A stretch of 64,000 bases of DNA from Mobula hypostoma (taxonomy: Eukaryota): assembly GCF_963921235.1 (NCBI RefSeq), contig NC_086097.1, forward strand, positions 104,844,001-104,908,000, in the 5' to 3' direction. The translations under genes and the position numbers were made by a program. The first letter of the stretch is position 1, and each line of letters starts with the position of its first letter. Positions 12,564-25,338 of this stretch are shown here, one piece after another. The notes under the pieces were generated by a model, which saw only the letters and a list, made by a program, of their open reading frames with translations, was not told the origin of the DNA and searched no databases.

Positions 12564-12794
12564 CAACAGGAATTCTGCAGATGCTGGAAATTCAAGCAAC
12601 ACACATCAAAGTTGCTGGTGAACTTAGCAGGCCAGGCAGCATCTGTAGGAAGAGGTGCAGTCGACGTTTCAGGCCGAGACCCTTCGTCTGAGTTAGTCCT
12701 GACGAAGGGTCTCGGCCTGAAACGTCGACTGCACCTCTTCCTACAGATGCTGCCTGGCCTGCTGCGTTCACCAGCAACTTTGATGTGTGTTGCT
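12564..12794. mobile_element. Near-perfect palindromic Penelope-derived insert within CR1
   Basis: Inverted arms of ~95 bp. Perfect 16-bp TSD CAAAGTATTCATTAAA (12548-12563, 12795-12810). Confidence 0.88.
12695..12730 (+). ncRNA. Putative minimal type I hammerhead ribozyme motif
   Basis: AGTC-CTGACGA-AGGgtctcggCCT-GAAAC-GTC-GACT: stem I AGTC/GACT, core boxes CUGANGA and GAAA, GUC triplet, loop-less stem III. Confidence 0.7.
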
Positions 12795-14324
12795 CAAAGT
12801 ATTCATTAAATACCTCTGCCATCTCCCCCAGTTCCATACACAGTTTTCTACTGTCACACTTGATTGGTCCTATTCTGTCACATCTTATCCTCTTGCTCTT
12901 CACGTACTTGTAGAATGCCCTAGGGTTTTCTTTAATCCTGCTCGCCAAGACCTTCTCATGGTCCCTTCTGGCTCTCCTCATTTTGTTCTTATGCTCCTTC
13001 CTGCTAGCCTTATAATCTTCTAGATCTCTATCTTTAGCTAGTTTTTGAACCTTTCATAAGCTTTTCTTTTTTTCTTGACTAGATTTTCAACAGTCTTTGT
13101 ATACCATGGTTCCTGTACCCTACCATCCTTTCCCTGTTTCATTAGAACGTACCTATGCAAAACGCCAAGCATGTATCCGCTGAACATTTGCCACATTTCT
13201 GCCGTACATTTTCCTGAGAACATCTGTTCCCAATTTATGCTTCCAAGTTCCTGTCTGATAGCTTCATATTTCCCCTTACTCCAATTAAACGCTTTCCAAA
13301 CTTGTTTGTTCCTATCCCTCTCAAGTGCTATGGTAAAGGAGATAGAATTGTGATCACTATCTCCAGAATGCTCTCCCATTGAGAGACTTGACATCTGACT
13401 AGGTTCATTTGGCAATACCAGATCAAGTACAGCCTCTCCTCTTGTAGGCTTATCTACATATTACGTTAGGTAACCATCCTGAACACACCTATCAAACTCC
13501 ACCCCATCTAAACCCCTTGCTCTTTGGAGATGCCAATTAGTATTTGGGAAATTAAAATCTCCCACCATGACAACCCTGTTATTATTACATCTTTCCAGAA
13601 TCTGTCTCCCTATCTGCTCCTCGATTTCCCTGTTACTATTGGGTGGTCTATATATTAAAAAAATCACGCAGTCGAGTTATTGACCCTTTCCTGTTTCTAA
13701 CTTCCACCTACAGAGACTCAGTAGACAATCCTTCCATGACTTCCTCCTTGTCTGCAGCCATGGCACTATCTCTGATCAGCAGAGCCATGCCTTCACTTCT
13801 TTTGCCTCCCTCCCTGTCCGTTCTGAAACATCTAAAGCATGGCACACCTGCCCCTGAGCCATCCAAGTCTGTGTAATGGCCACTGCATCATAACTCCAAA
13901 TACTGATCCACGCTCTAAGCTCATCCGCTTTGTTCATGATGCTTCTTGCATTAAAATACACACATCTCAAACCATCACTCGGAGCACATCCCTTCTCTGT
14001 CACCTGCCTATCCTCCCTCTCATAATTTCTCCAAGCTTTCTCTATTTGTGAGCCAACCACCCCTTCCTCTGTCTTCAGTTCGGTTCCCACCCCCTAGCAA
14101 TTCTAGTTTAAGCTCTCCCAATAGCCTTAGCAAATCTCCCTACCAGGATATTGGTTCCCCTCAGATTCAAGTACAACCCATCCTTTTTGTACAGGTCACG
14201 CCTGCCCCAAAAGAGGTCCCAATGATGCAGAAATCTGAATCCCTGCCCCCTGCTTCAATCTCCCGGTCATGCATTTATCTTCCACTTGGCTCTATTCTGA
14301 TTCTCACTGTCGCGTGGCACAGGC

Positions 14325-15669
14325 CTCAATGACTACAGATCGGTGGCATTGACCTCCCACATCATGAAGACCCTGGAGAGACTTGTTTTGGAGCTGCTCC
14401 AGCCTATGGTCAGGCCACACTTAGATCCCCTCCAGTTCGTCTACCAGTCCCGACTAGGAGTTGAGGATGCCATCGTCTTCCTGCTGAACCGTGTCTACGC
14501 CCACCTGGACAAGCCAGCGAGCACTGTGAGGGTCATGTTTTTTGATTTCTCCAGTGCGTTCAACACCATCCGCCCTGCTCTGCTGGGGGAGAAGCTGACA
14601 GCGATGCAGGTGGATGCTTCCCTGGTATCATGGATTCTTGATTACCTGACTGGCAGACCACAGTACGTGTGCTTGCAACACTGTGTGTCCCACAGAGTGA
14701 TCAGCAGCACTGGGGCTCCACAGGGGACTGTCTTGTCTCCCTTTCTCTTCACCATTTACACCTCGGACTTCAACTACTGCACAGAGTCTTGTCATCTTCA
14801 GAAGTTTTCGGATGACTCTGCTATAGTTGGATGCATCAGCAAGGAAGATGAGGCTGAGTACAGGACTACAGTAGGAAACTTTGTCACATGGTGTGAGCAG
14901 AATTATCTGCAGCTTAATGTGAAAAAGACTAAGGAGCTGGTGGTAGACCCGAGGAGAGCCAAGGTACCGGTGACCCCTCTTTCCATCCAGGGGGTCAGTG
15001 TGGACATGGTGGAGGATTACAAATACCTGGGGATACAGATTGACAATAAACTGGACTGGTCAAAGAACACTGAGGCTGTCTACAAGAAGGGTCAGAGCCG
15101 TCTCTATTTCCTGAGGAGACTGAGGTCCTTTAACATCTTCCGGACGATGCTGAGGATGTTCTATGAGTCTGTGGTGGCCAGTGCTATCATGTTTGCTGTT
15201 GTGTGCTGGGGCAGCAGGCTGAGAGTAACAGACACCAATAGAATCAACAAACCCATTCGTAAGGCCAGTGACGTTGTGGGGATGGAACTGGACTCTCTGA
15301 CGGTGATGTCTGAAAAGAGGATGCTGTCTAAGTTGCATGCCATCTTGGACAATGTCTCCCATCCACTACATAATGTACTGGGTGGGCACAGGAGTACATT
15401 CAGCCAGAGACTCATTCCACCGAGATGCAGCACTGAGCGTCATAGGAAGTCATTCCTGCCTGTGCCCATCAAACTTTACAACTCCTCCCTTGGAGGGTCA
15501 GACACCCTGAGCCAATAGGCTGGTCCTGGACTTATTTCATAATTTCCTGGCATAATGTACATACTACTATTTAACTATTTATGGTTCTATTACTATTTAT
15601 TATTTATGGATTAACTGTAACAAAAACCAATTTCCCCCGGGATTAATAAAGTATGACTGTGACTATGAT
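14325..15669 (+). mobile_element. 5'-truncated Rex1/Babar-type LINE with uninterrupted RT ORF (14343-15518), inserted in CR1
   Basis: YRSVALTSHIMK, DFSSAFNTI, GAPQGTVLSP, KFSDD motifs. 3' AATAAA followed by a short (TATGAC)-like tail. Confidence 0.9.
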
Positions 15670-16569
15670 TAATCCCGAGATTACGACCTTTGAGGTCCTG
15701 CTTCTCAGCTTCCTTCCTAGCTCCCTGTAGTCTGTTTTCAGGACCTCCTCCCTTTTCCTACCTATGTCATTGGTACCAATATGTACCACGACCTCTAGCT
15801 GTTCACCTTCCCACTTCAGGGTATCGTAGTCATGATCAGAAGCATCCCGGATCCTGGCACCTGGGAGGCAAACTACCATCTGTGTTTCTTTTCTGCGTCC
15901 ACAAAATCGCCTGATTGACCCCCTAACTATAGAGTCCCCTTTTACTGCTGCCCTCTTCCCTTCTGAGCCACAGGGCCAGACTCTGTGCCAAAGGCGTGGG
16001 CACTGTTGCTTCCCCCATGTAGGCCCCCCCGTCAGCAGTACTCAAGCAGGAGTACTTATTGTTAAGGGGGACAGCCACAGGGGTACTCTCTAGTATCTAA
16101 CTCTTGCCCTTCCTTCTCCTGACTGTTACCCACTTATCTGTCCCCCGAGGCCCCGGTGTGACTACTTGCCTCTTGCTGCTCTTTATCACCTCCTCACTTG
16201 GTCCCTAAGGAGCTGCAGTTCGATGCACCTGGTGCAGATGTGGCCATCTGGAGGTCGGGAGTTTCCTGGACTTCCCACATCTGACACCCAGTACAGAACA
16301 CCAGCCTCAGGGACGTAAAGGACTTCATTGAAATTTTCTGAATGTCTGTCTACCTGTTCTCCCTCATCTATTCTGTCAAAAAATAGACAGATGATTTGTC
16401 CATGATTTCCCTTTTACGAATCCACTAGTGCTCTGTTTTATAAATTCCCCCACCACACGTCAGGCTAGTTGAGCTGTAATTCCCTGATTTGTCTTTTTAC
16501 TAAGTAGTAAGGATATCCCCCACTAGTTCATCCCTTCCTACCTACATCTGTGACACTTAGTGCTCTGGA

Positions 16570-17772
16570 TCTTTTCAAAAATGATTTCAAGTTCCCTGAC
16601 CCCATCATCTTAGTTTTACTATGGATGTTCAGTCCCTATATACCTCCATCCCCCACCAGGAAGGCCTCAAAGCTCTCTGTTTCTTTCTGGACACCAGACC
16701 CAACCAGTTCCCCTCCACCACCACTCTCCACCGTCTAGCGGAACTTGTCCTCAGTCTAAATAATTTCTCCTTTGGCATCTCCCACTTCTTTCAAACAAAA
16801 GGTGTAGTCATGGGCACTCACATGAGTCCCAGCTATGCCTGCCTTTTTGTTGCCTAAGTGGAACAGTCCATGTTCAAAGCCTACACTGGCATCTGTCCCC
16901 CACTTTTCCTATGCTACATCGAGGACTGCATTGATGATGTTTCCTGCACCCATGCCAACCTCATTGACTTCATTCACTTTGCCTCCAGCTTCCACCCTCC
17001 CCTCAAATTTACCTGGTCCATTTCCAACACCTCCCTTCCCTTTCTTGATCTCACTGTTTCTCTATTTCTGGAGACAGCTTATCTACTGATGTCTATTATA
17101 AACCCACAGACTTTCGCAGCTACCTGGGCTATACCTCTTCCCACTGTGTTACTTTAAAAACGCCATCCCCTTCTCTCAATTCCTTCGTCTTTACTGCATC
17201 TGCTCTCAGGAAGAGGCTTTTCATTCCAGAATGAAGGAGATGTCCTCCTCTTTCAAAGAATGGGGCTTATGTTTCTGATATGTTGATCCATGGCCTTCTC
17301 CACTACTGTGATGAGGCCACATTCGGGTTGGAAGAGCAACACCTTGTATTCTGTCGGGGTAGTCTGCAACCTGATGGCATGAACGTCAATTGCTCGAACT
17401 TCAGGTAATGTCTCCACCCTCTCCTTCGCCAGTCCCCATCCCCTTTTCCCTCTCTCACCATCTCTTGGTCTGCCCATCACCACCTCCCTTTTTCTTTTTT
17501 CCATGGCCTCCTATCCTCACCTATCAGGCTCCCTCTTCTCCAGCCCTGTATCTCTTTCACCAATCAACTTTCCAGCTATTTACTTCATCCTTCCCCCTCC
17601 CAGTATCACCTATTACCTTGTGTTTCTCTCTCCCCTACCCCCACCTTTTAAATTTACTCCTCATTTTTTTTCCTCCAGTTCTGATGAAGGATCTCGGCCT
17701 GAAACATTGACTGTACTTTTTCCCCATAGATGCTGCTTGGCTTGCTGAGTTCCTCCAGCGTTTTGTGTGTAC
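16570..17772 (+). mobile_element. Penelope-like retroelement fragment (RT remnant + 3' terminal region)
   Basis: MDVQSLYTSIPHQEGL, NNFSF...QTKGVVMGTHMSPSYACLF, YIED. Ends with a hammerhead-like CTGATGA..GAAAC at 17681. Confidence 0.85.
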
Positions 17773-18809
17773 TGCTAGTATATATTGAAAATCTATCTGT
17801 CTGAACCTTGGAAAATTTCCACCAACGCATCCACTATGTGTAGGACCATTTTTAAGTTGCAGAATGTCAGACCCTGAAGAATTATTGGACTTTAATCCCT
17901 CCAATTTCCCAAACAACCCTGTTAATACTGACTTCTTCTTCAGCTTCACCTCACTTGATCTTGTGTTTCACAACATTCCTGCCAGGTTGTCTTTGTCCTT
18001 TGAGTACACCAAAGCTCTGTGTTCAATTTGTTGTCTTTGTTCTTGATTGAATTCCTCCTTTTTGTAAAGGATATGTGCATTCTTCTTCACTAGTCATTGA
18101 CTCCACACTTGACTTTCGAACCTTTTACAGTCGGCTTTGTTATCTGCAAGTTTATTCTCTCCATTCCAATCATTCCCATTGAGTATCTTTTCCTGAATTT
18201 TTGAGTTTTTCTTCATTATTCAGCCCTTTATTTTACACTTCTCCTTGGATCTAATATTATACATAATTTTTTTTTGCTGATTCTTGGTTGAGCTAGCTGT
18301 TCTGTTTATGCAACAGATGTGAATGAACGATAGTTGTAATTTCTCCATAGCCCACCTAGCTAACTCTTGATTTCATTGTTTCGTTTATCTAGATTCAGAA
18401 TCCTATTCCTCTTTCCATCCTTTCCATTTTCATGTTATGATTGTTCCTTCCCAAAGGATCCCACGCAACAGGGTTGTTTATTATCCCTTTCTGGTTACAT
18501 CGTACCACTTTTCAGATATTTTGAATTTACTTAATCAAACATTTTTAAAACAAATAGAAAATGTAGAATTTATCAGATTCATGGATGTTCCTAAAGGAAC
18601 GAAGCTAGTCTGATGTATCAGTAAGTTGAGATTTGTAGCAGTATATTTAGAGATCTATACGCAAAAATTGGACTTTCAGACCAACTTGTCCATGCTCACC
18701 TCAGCTAGTCCCATTTTCTTACACTTGGCCTGCAGCCCTGTACCTGTCTAAATGTATTTTAAGCATTGCAATTACACTGCCTCTCAGGTCGTCTGGCAGC
18801 TTGTGTACG

Positions 18810-19652
18810 CACTGTGTGGCCACTTTATTTGCTTGTTAATGCAAATATGTAATTCTCTTTTTTTTTAAACATGGGTTGCCATGGTAGCATAGCAATTAGC
18901 ATGACGCTATTACAACTCAGGGTGTTGGTATTCAGAGTTCAATTCTAGCATCCTCTAATCAAGTTTATATGTTCCTTCCCATATGCACGTGGGTTTCTCC
19001 AGGTGCTCCAGTTTTCTCCTACAGTCTAAAGACGTACTGGTTAATGGGTTAATTGGTGATGGTTAATTATCCTGTGATTAGGTTAGAGTTAAATCGGTGG
19101 GTTACTGGGCAACATGGCTTGAAGGACTTGTTCCATGCCATATCTCTAAATAGACAAAGCCAATCATGCAACTCAACGCATAAAAGAATACAGACATGAT
19201 CAAGAGGTTTAATTGTTGTTCAAACCAAACATCAGAATGGAGAAGAAATGTGATCCAAGTGACTTTGACCAGTGAAATGATTATTTGTACTGTTTGGGGT
19301 GGTTTGAGTATCTCAAACTGCTGTTCTCTGGGGATTTTCACGCACAACGATTTTCTAGCATTTACAAAGAATGGGGCAAAAAAAAACAAAAAAAAAAAGT
19401 GGGTGGCAGTTCTGTGGGCGAAAATGCCTTCTTAATGAGAGCGGTTAGAAGAAAATGGCCAGATTGGTTTAAGCTGACAATAGGGCGGCAGTAACTCAAA
19501 TAACCATACATTCAGCCGTGGTGTGCAGAAAAGAACATCTCTGAATGTACGATGTATTCAACCTTGAAGTGGAGGGGCAGCAGAAGACCACGAATATACA
19601 CTCAGTCGCCACTTTTTTTTAAGGTACAGGTGATGCCTAATAAAATGGCCAA
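18810..19652. mobile_element. Degenerate non-autonomous Tc1-like element interrupted by a SINE
   Basis: Inverted termini TGGCCACTTTATT / TAATAAAATGGCCA and Tc1-like internal sequence. Confidence 0.5.
18872..19150 (+). mobile_element. tRNA-derived V-SINE-like element
   Basis: A-box-like GGTAGCATAGC and B-box-like GAGTTCAATTC, followed by the V-domain-like GTGGGTTTCTCCAGGTGCTCCAGTTTTCTCC. Confidence 0.7.
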
Positions 19653-20780
19653 TAAAATTTCCCACCAACCTGTGTGGTGGGAAATCATGCCTTTTCCTAC
19701 CCCTTTTAAATCTGTTTCCTCCAGTTTAGAGGCCATGACCATGGGAAAAAGATAGCTTTCATCTTAATCATGTCCCTCATGATGTTGTATTTGTCAAAGG
19801 TCACCCCTCAGCCTTCTATGCTTCCAGCCTTTCCAGTCTTGCCTTGTAACTCAACCCCTCCAGTCTTTGTGGTTTCCAGCTGTCACAAGCCATATATTAG
19901 CCGGATGTTGTCCTTGGCCATTACTTGCAGTCTTGGATTTTGGCCATAGGAACGGTACAAGTTAGCTTCATGTGAATACTTTTGTTGTTATAAAATATCA
20001 TCAAGCTGTTTAGTTGAACTAAGACACAAAGGATAATCAGTATTAACCTGAGCGCAGGTATAGATAGAACTACATTTTAAGTGCAACAGATGCTCACCGT
20101 ATCCTGTTAGCCCTGCAATGTCTAAATTAGGAGATCTATTTCCACTTGATAAACCAAGCTGATAGATTCATACCTTTTATCCAGCACTGTGGCCCTTCCA
20201 TTGTGATCCCTAAGTGACACCTGGCTACTGGCAGGTTGAATTCATTTAGTTGGAGTGGCAAGGTGGGAACAAGTGGACTGGAGTGTAAAACAAACATTGG
20301 TTCTGGAAACCTGTGTGTCGTTATCTCCTGTACCTTCCCAAATAATGAATTACTTTTAGAAGAAAGCACTAGTGAAGTAACAGAGTTGGGTTCATTCAGA
20401 TTTGGCAACTTAAAGCTTGCTTTTTAGTACATTATTATTGCTTGACCATTGCTATCAAGCCATGGGTTTATCTTTCAGTAGAGAATGAAGGAAGTCAGTG
20501 TTTCGTTGAAAATTGAGCTGCCAGCATATTGAAGCTGTAGTAGAATGTACTTATGCTGTGACAGTCTTGGAGTGATCTGCATTTAATGGACCACTTAATT
20601 AAAGCCCTACAGTTCTGCTAAAATGAGCGAGCTCCATCTTTGGTACCAAGGGAGTTCAACGTCAGGTAAAGATGGTGCATTTGTGGCTAGTCCTCGATTC
20701 ATTTAGACTTCCTGCTGAGGCTACCATTGTCATGGAAGTCAGCTTTCGGCTAATTTACTTTTTTCTATGTAGTATGTCTG

Positions 20781-21170
20781 TGTTAGAGTGACTTTTGAGT
20801 TTAGGTCATTTACATTTAGCAAATGGCTTTGGCTACCAGTCTTCTGTTCCTTGATAATGTATTGTGAATTCAGTTTGGGACAATGCATTCCTAAAAGCTG
20901 ACCCAGTCCAGACGCTGCTAGCATCTGTGGGATGGATGTGAGTCAGAAGGTGTGAAGTTTGTATGTAGCTTCAAAAGAAAGCATTGTCTATACTTTGTAA
21001 ATATGGAAATGTGCTTTGTGTTTACCAAATAAATATGGAGCCTCACGTTGGGCCAGCAGACCTTTCCTCTGAAAATGTCTCCATATGATGCCTGCTGTAT
21101 CTTGTTTTGTCGAATAAAGACTTTGTATCTACCAGTAACTCTCTCTGGCGATTTCATTCACACGACAACA
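20781..21170 (+). mobile_element. Solo LTR, 390 bp
   Basis: TGTT...AACA termini, AATAAA at ~21113, 5-bp TSD GTCTG (20776-20780, 21171-21175). Confidence 0.78.
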
Positions 21171-22660
21171 GTCTGCATTCAGTAGATACGGACAGTGACC
21201 TTGACAGCATTATGATCTTGCTGCTGAAATCTAAAAACAAATGTACATCAAACTAGTCTGTTCTCGTAAAAGTTTATTACTGTCTTGTGAATAAAGTTGA
21301 TTAAGTGTATCTTGTCTGCAAAAGCAAGAAGGATTGCATTAGTCTGCTTTTAATCATCAGGAAAGTAAAGGCATCCATGGCAATGCTATCAAGCATCATT
21401 ATTTACTATAGTCTGTTCAGTGCTATTGTGTTTGATTTCTGCCAGCATCACATAGTACTAGACTTTACTGCAGCTTTTGCCCAGGGATGAAGGGAGAGTG
21501 ACTTTCCTTGACTTCAGGGTGCAAGTAAAATTCAAGTCATGCAGACAGCTCTACACTGGCTGATGTCATTGTTTCATTTTATTTGTTTATTGAGATACAG
21601 CAAGGAATAGGCCCTTCGAGCCATGCTACCCACAATCCCCCAATTTCATCCTTGCCTAATCACTTGATTTACATGTTGGAATCTACCAACTGGTATATCT
21701 TCGGACTGTGGGAGGAAATCGGAGCACCCGGAGGAAAGCCACATGGTCAAAGGGAGAACACACAGTGGGGAGAATTGAATCCGGGTTGCTACGGTGCTGC
21801 CCACCTTGCACTAAGGATGATGTTTGGCTTTGAGGCCAATACTCGATATCTTAGGACGTCATATGTTCCGTGATTTAGATGTAACAAATTAAGTGACTAG
21901 ATATCATGCACAAGATGGCCAAAAATTTCATGCTGAAGGTGCTTGGCACTGACTATTGCTGATGATTGTGGCTCAGCAGTACTACATTATGTCAGTAACA
22001 TGATCATCACTGAATCCTCCACCACAAACTTAGATGCTCAAATGGTTCAACATTTATACTGATCTAGTCAATGTTACCTTGCTTACAAAAACAGGTCAGA
22101 GGTTTGGAATTTAGGTGTGAGGGGCGTGTTTTCTGACTACCCAAAGCCCTCCCTCCATCTGTGAGGTATGTCAGGAATATGGAATGCAACAAGACTTGGG
22201 AAGCTGCACCCTCAAAGACAGAATAGACCATTCTTGGAATCTATGATCTCCTGTGTAGCCTTATTGAACTTCATCTGCTTAGGAGGCCGCTGCAAGCCAC
22301 CTGATCTTGTGGCAGTAATCTTCTGATTACTTGTGGTCTTGGAGCTTGGCCATAGCATCTCCTGAATGTTTTTGTTGCTGCAAATGCCGAGTACATGCCA
22401 CACAGATTGAAAATGTATACTTGTTTCAGATACCAACATCTGGAGGCCCCTTACCGAATGAAAGGCAATGTAAGCAAGCATCATAGATCTGAAACTTTTT
22501 CTCTCCACAGATGCCAAGTGACCTGAATATTTCCAACATTTTTTGGTTTATTTCGGCCAGACAAAGATCCACATCAACTTGTTTCAGATATGGCTTTTGA
22601 AGCTGATGACACATGAAAGAGTGCAAATCCTGACCACACTGAAATGTTTTGTCACTGCAG

Positions 22661-22772
22661 GTGATGTCTCACAACAAGGAACGGAGATCAAGGAGGGATG
22701 AGAAACAGGACAAGAAGTCTCAGGCTATGGAGGAATTGAAAGCTGAAAGAGAGAAGAAGAAAAATAAAACGG
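22661..22772 (+). CDS. RTF1: RTF1 internal coding exon
   Basis: ctgcag| ... |gtaaca. Encodes [37 protein letters not shown]. Phase 0 start and phase 1 end fit the neighbouring exons. Confidence 0.95.
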
Positions 22773-22859
22773 GTAACAAACAGTATTGTGTAGGCAGATT
22801 TTCATCCCAGAACCATATTTCTATGCCCTGGAGTTCTCATGAGATTAAACTGTGGAATC

Positions 22860-23190
22860 TTTCTTCAATGGTCTACTGTCCTCTGCTATTAGATTCCTTC
22901 TCTGGCCCTTTACCACTTCTACCTATTACCTCCTAATTTCTTACTTTATCCTCACTCACATTCTTTCTCAGCTAGTCTCACCTATCAGCTGCCAGCTTGT
23001 ACTCTTTCCCCTCCCCCATTTTTTTTATTCTGGCTTCTGCCCCCTTCTTTTCTCGTCCTATTAAAGAGTCTCGCCTTTTAAGCATCAAGTGTTATTTCCT
23101 CCCCATTGATGCTGCCTGACTTGCTGAGTTCTGTCAACATTTTGTGTGTGGCTCAAGATTTTCAGCATCTGCAGAATCTATTTTCTTTAT
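22860..23190 (+). mobile_element. Degenerate Penelope 3' fragment
   Basis: Resembles 17490-17770 and ends in ...GATGCTGCCTGACTTGCTGAGTT...TTTCAGCATCTGCAG. Confidence 0.65.
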
Positions 23191-23799
23191 AACAAACTGG
23201 AATCTTTTTAGTCTTAATGACTTGGAGTGTGTTGTTGCAAATTACTATGTCAATTATGAGAATTCATCTCTTGGCTCATTCTACTTGCTCATTTCCATGT
23301 ACTCAGTCTCCCTTTGCTTCTTATGCAATTGACTTGTACCCGTCTCCCACTCTACATGCTCTCCATCTAATCTTTTGTTTCCTCAATGGATTTAGATGGC
23401 AAAGATGGTAGTAAATTAAGCGGAAGATGAGGGAAGTTGAGACTGAGATTTCTCACTGAAGGTGAGAAGGTGTTTTGTGCAGAAAAGGCAATGTTGAAGA
23501 TGTCTAGGTTTAGGAAGTGTTGAGACCAGGAGGAATGCTAAGCTGCCTAGCAGCAGTTCGTGGGTAAGGAATATTGAAGGTAATCTTTTAGTCTGCTATG
23601 TGTTTCCATAGTGATTTTCTTCAGTGTTGTTGATGGCTTGAAAATATGAGAAACAAGGTATTCCCACTCTATGTTCTTAATCACAGAAAGTGTATTAGTG
23701 CAATAGCCTGTGTTGTAAGCAAATTGACCGAACAGACATGAAGGGATATGTAAAGAAAGCCAATAATTTTTGTGGTGTGAAGAATGTTCAGTTAGTTGA

Positions 23800-24810
23800 T
23801 GTGCTCCATGAAGTCTTTTGATAAGTTTCCAAATGGTAATTGAAAAGAGACCTGGCCAATTGGATACACTTGTCTTGACACTAAGAAGCAGCAGTAGTAG
23901 TAGACATTTGTTTTTCAGTTCGGGGGCATAAGTGGTGTGCCCCAGCAGTCAGTGTTGGACCCATTGCTATTTATCATGTATATCAATGACTTGGATGAGA
24001 GTATGCAAGGCAGGGTTAGTAAGTTTGCAGATGATGCTAGAAAGCATGGTGAAGATAAATGTCAAAATTTGCTGGGCATCTTGATCAATAAGGTAAGTGG
24101 GCCAAGGCATGGAAAATAGAGTTTGATTTGGCTATACAAGGTGCTTCATTTTGGGAAGACAAATCATGATGAGGTATTCATAGTAAACAGAAGAGCCCCG
24201 GAGAATGTTATAGAAAAGTGATATCCCTGAAGGTGCTGTTGCAGGTAGATGGTGATGAAGAAGACTTTTGACATCACTTAGGGCCTTGATTCTAGAAGTT
24301 AGGATGTTGTGTTTGTAGGCTGCAATTTGAATACTGTGTTACTCACCTATGAGAAAAATGGCATTAAGCTAGAAAGAGTGCAGAGAGATTTATCAGGATA
24401 TTGCTGGGATTTAAGGCACTGAGTTATGGACATGTTGAGCAGGTTGGAACTTTTTTACATTGGAGAGAGTGAAATACGAGTGAACTTGAAGAAAGATATA
24501 CCTTTTGAGGCTGAATGCACGCATTCTTTTTCACAGGGCTGGAATTCAAGAATGAGAGAACTTAGGTTTAAGATATACTGCTTAATAGGAACTTGAGGGG
24601 AAATGAATCATCAGTGTATGGAATGAGCTGCCAAAGGAAGTGATTAAGGCAGGTACATTAACGACATCTGAAAGGTACTTGGACAGGTACATATATGGAT
24701 AGGAAAGGTTTGGAGGGACATAGGACAAATGGGGCTAAATTAGTTTGGAATGTTGGTAGGCATAAACCAGTTAGGCTGAAGGACCTATTTCCTTGCTGTA
24801 TTACTCTGGA
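23800..24810 (+). mobile_element. Old degenerate CR1 fragment
   Basis: PQQSVLDPLLFIMYINDLD..KFADD remnant and a CR1-like 3' end. Confidence 0.75.
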
Positions 24811-25202
24811 AGTGGCATTAGAAAATTTAAAGACTTTCAAGTATGACAGATGGCATGGTTGGTGCAAAAGGAAGATTATTGCAACTGTCTTATATTGTAT
24901 AACAATATTCAGAGACACAAGAGACTTATGGTAGCTGGAAATCTGCAGCAGCTGCTTGAATGGGTGCCATAGAAAGTGTCAGAGTAAAGTTAGAGATTTG
25001 TGTATGTGTTGGTGATTCAAGACTAAGCTGGAAGGGTAAAATTTTTACCTAACTAAGTGGGCACATGTGGGCAAAGCATTTGGATTGAAGGCTGTGTCAC
25101 AGAATAATACAGCACAGGAACAACCTCTTAGCCCTGCTACATATTGGTTATAGGAATGAACAAGTGGCTTGATTGAGGAGTGAGTTGTCTTATTTCTTTC
25201 AG

Positions 25203-25338
25203 CTGAATTATTGGCCAGGAAGCAGCCTCTAAAAGCCAGTGAGGTTTATTCTGACGATGAAGAAGAGGAAGAGGAGGAGCAGTCTAGTGTGAAGAGCGAT
25301 CGGTCCTCTAGGTCTTCGTCTTCTGATGAAGAGGAAGA
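25203..25338 (+). CDS. RTF1: RTF1 internal coding exon (acidic/serine-rich; not in the ORF track)
   Basis: tttcag| ... |gtaagt. Encodes (A)[44 protein letters not shown](E). Confidence 0.95.

Larger units (their letters stand above)
11198..16310 (-). mobile_element. Near full-length degenerate CR1 LINE (ORF1 SGNH esterase + ORF2 endonuclease/RT) with two nested insertions
   Basis: ORF1 remnant VVVHIGTNDIGRK (15643-15879). Endonuclease [38 protein letters not shown]. Confidence 0.92.

Noticed and set aside
20100..20775. Apparently unique intronic sequence that might hold a snoRNA or conserved element
   Set aside because: No convincing C/D or H/ACA box arrangement by eye, and conservation cannot be assessed without alignments.
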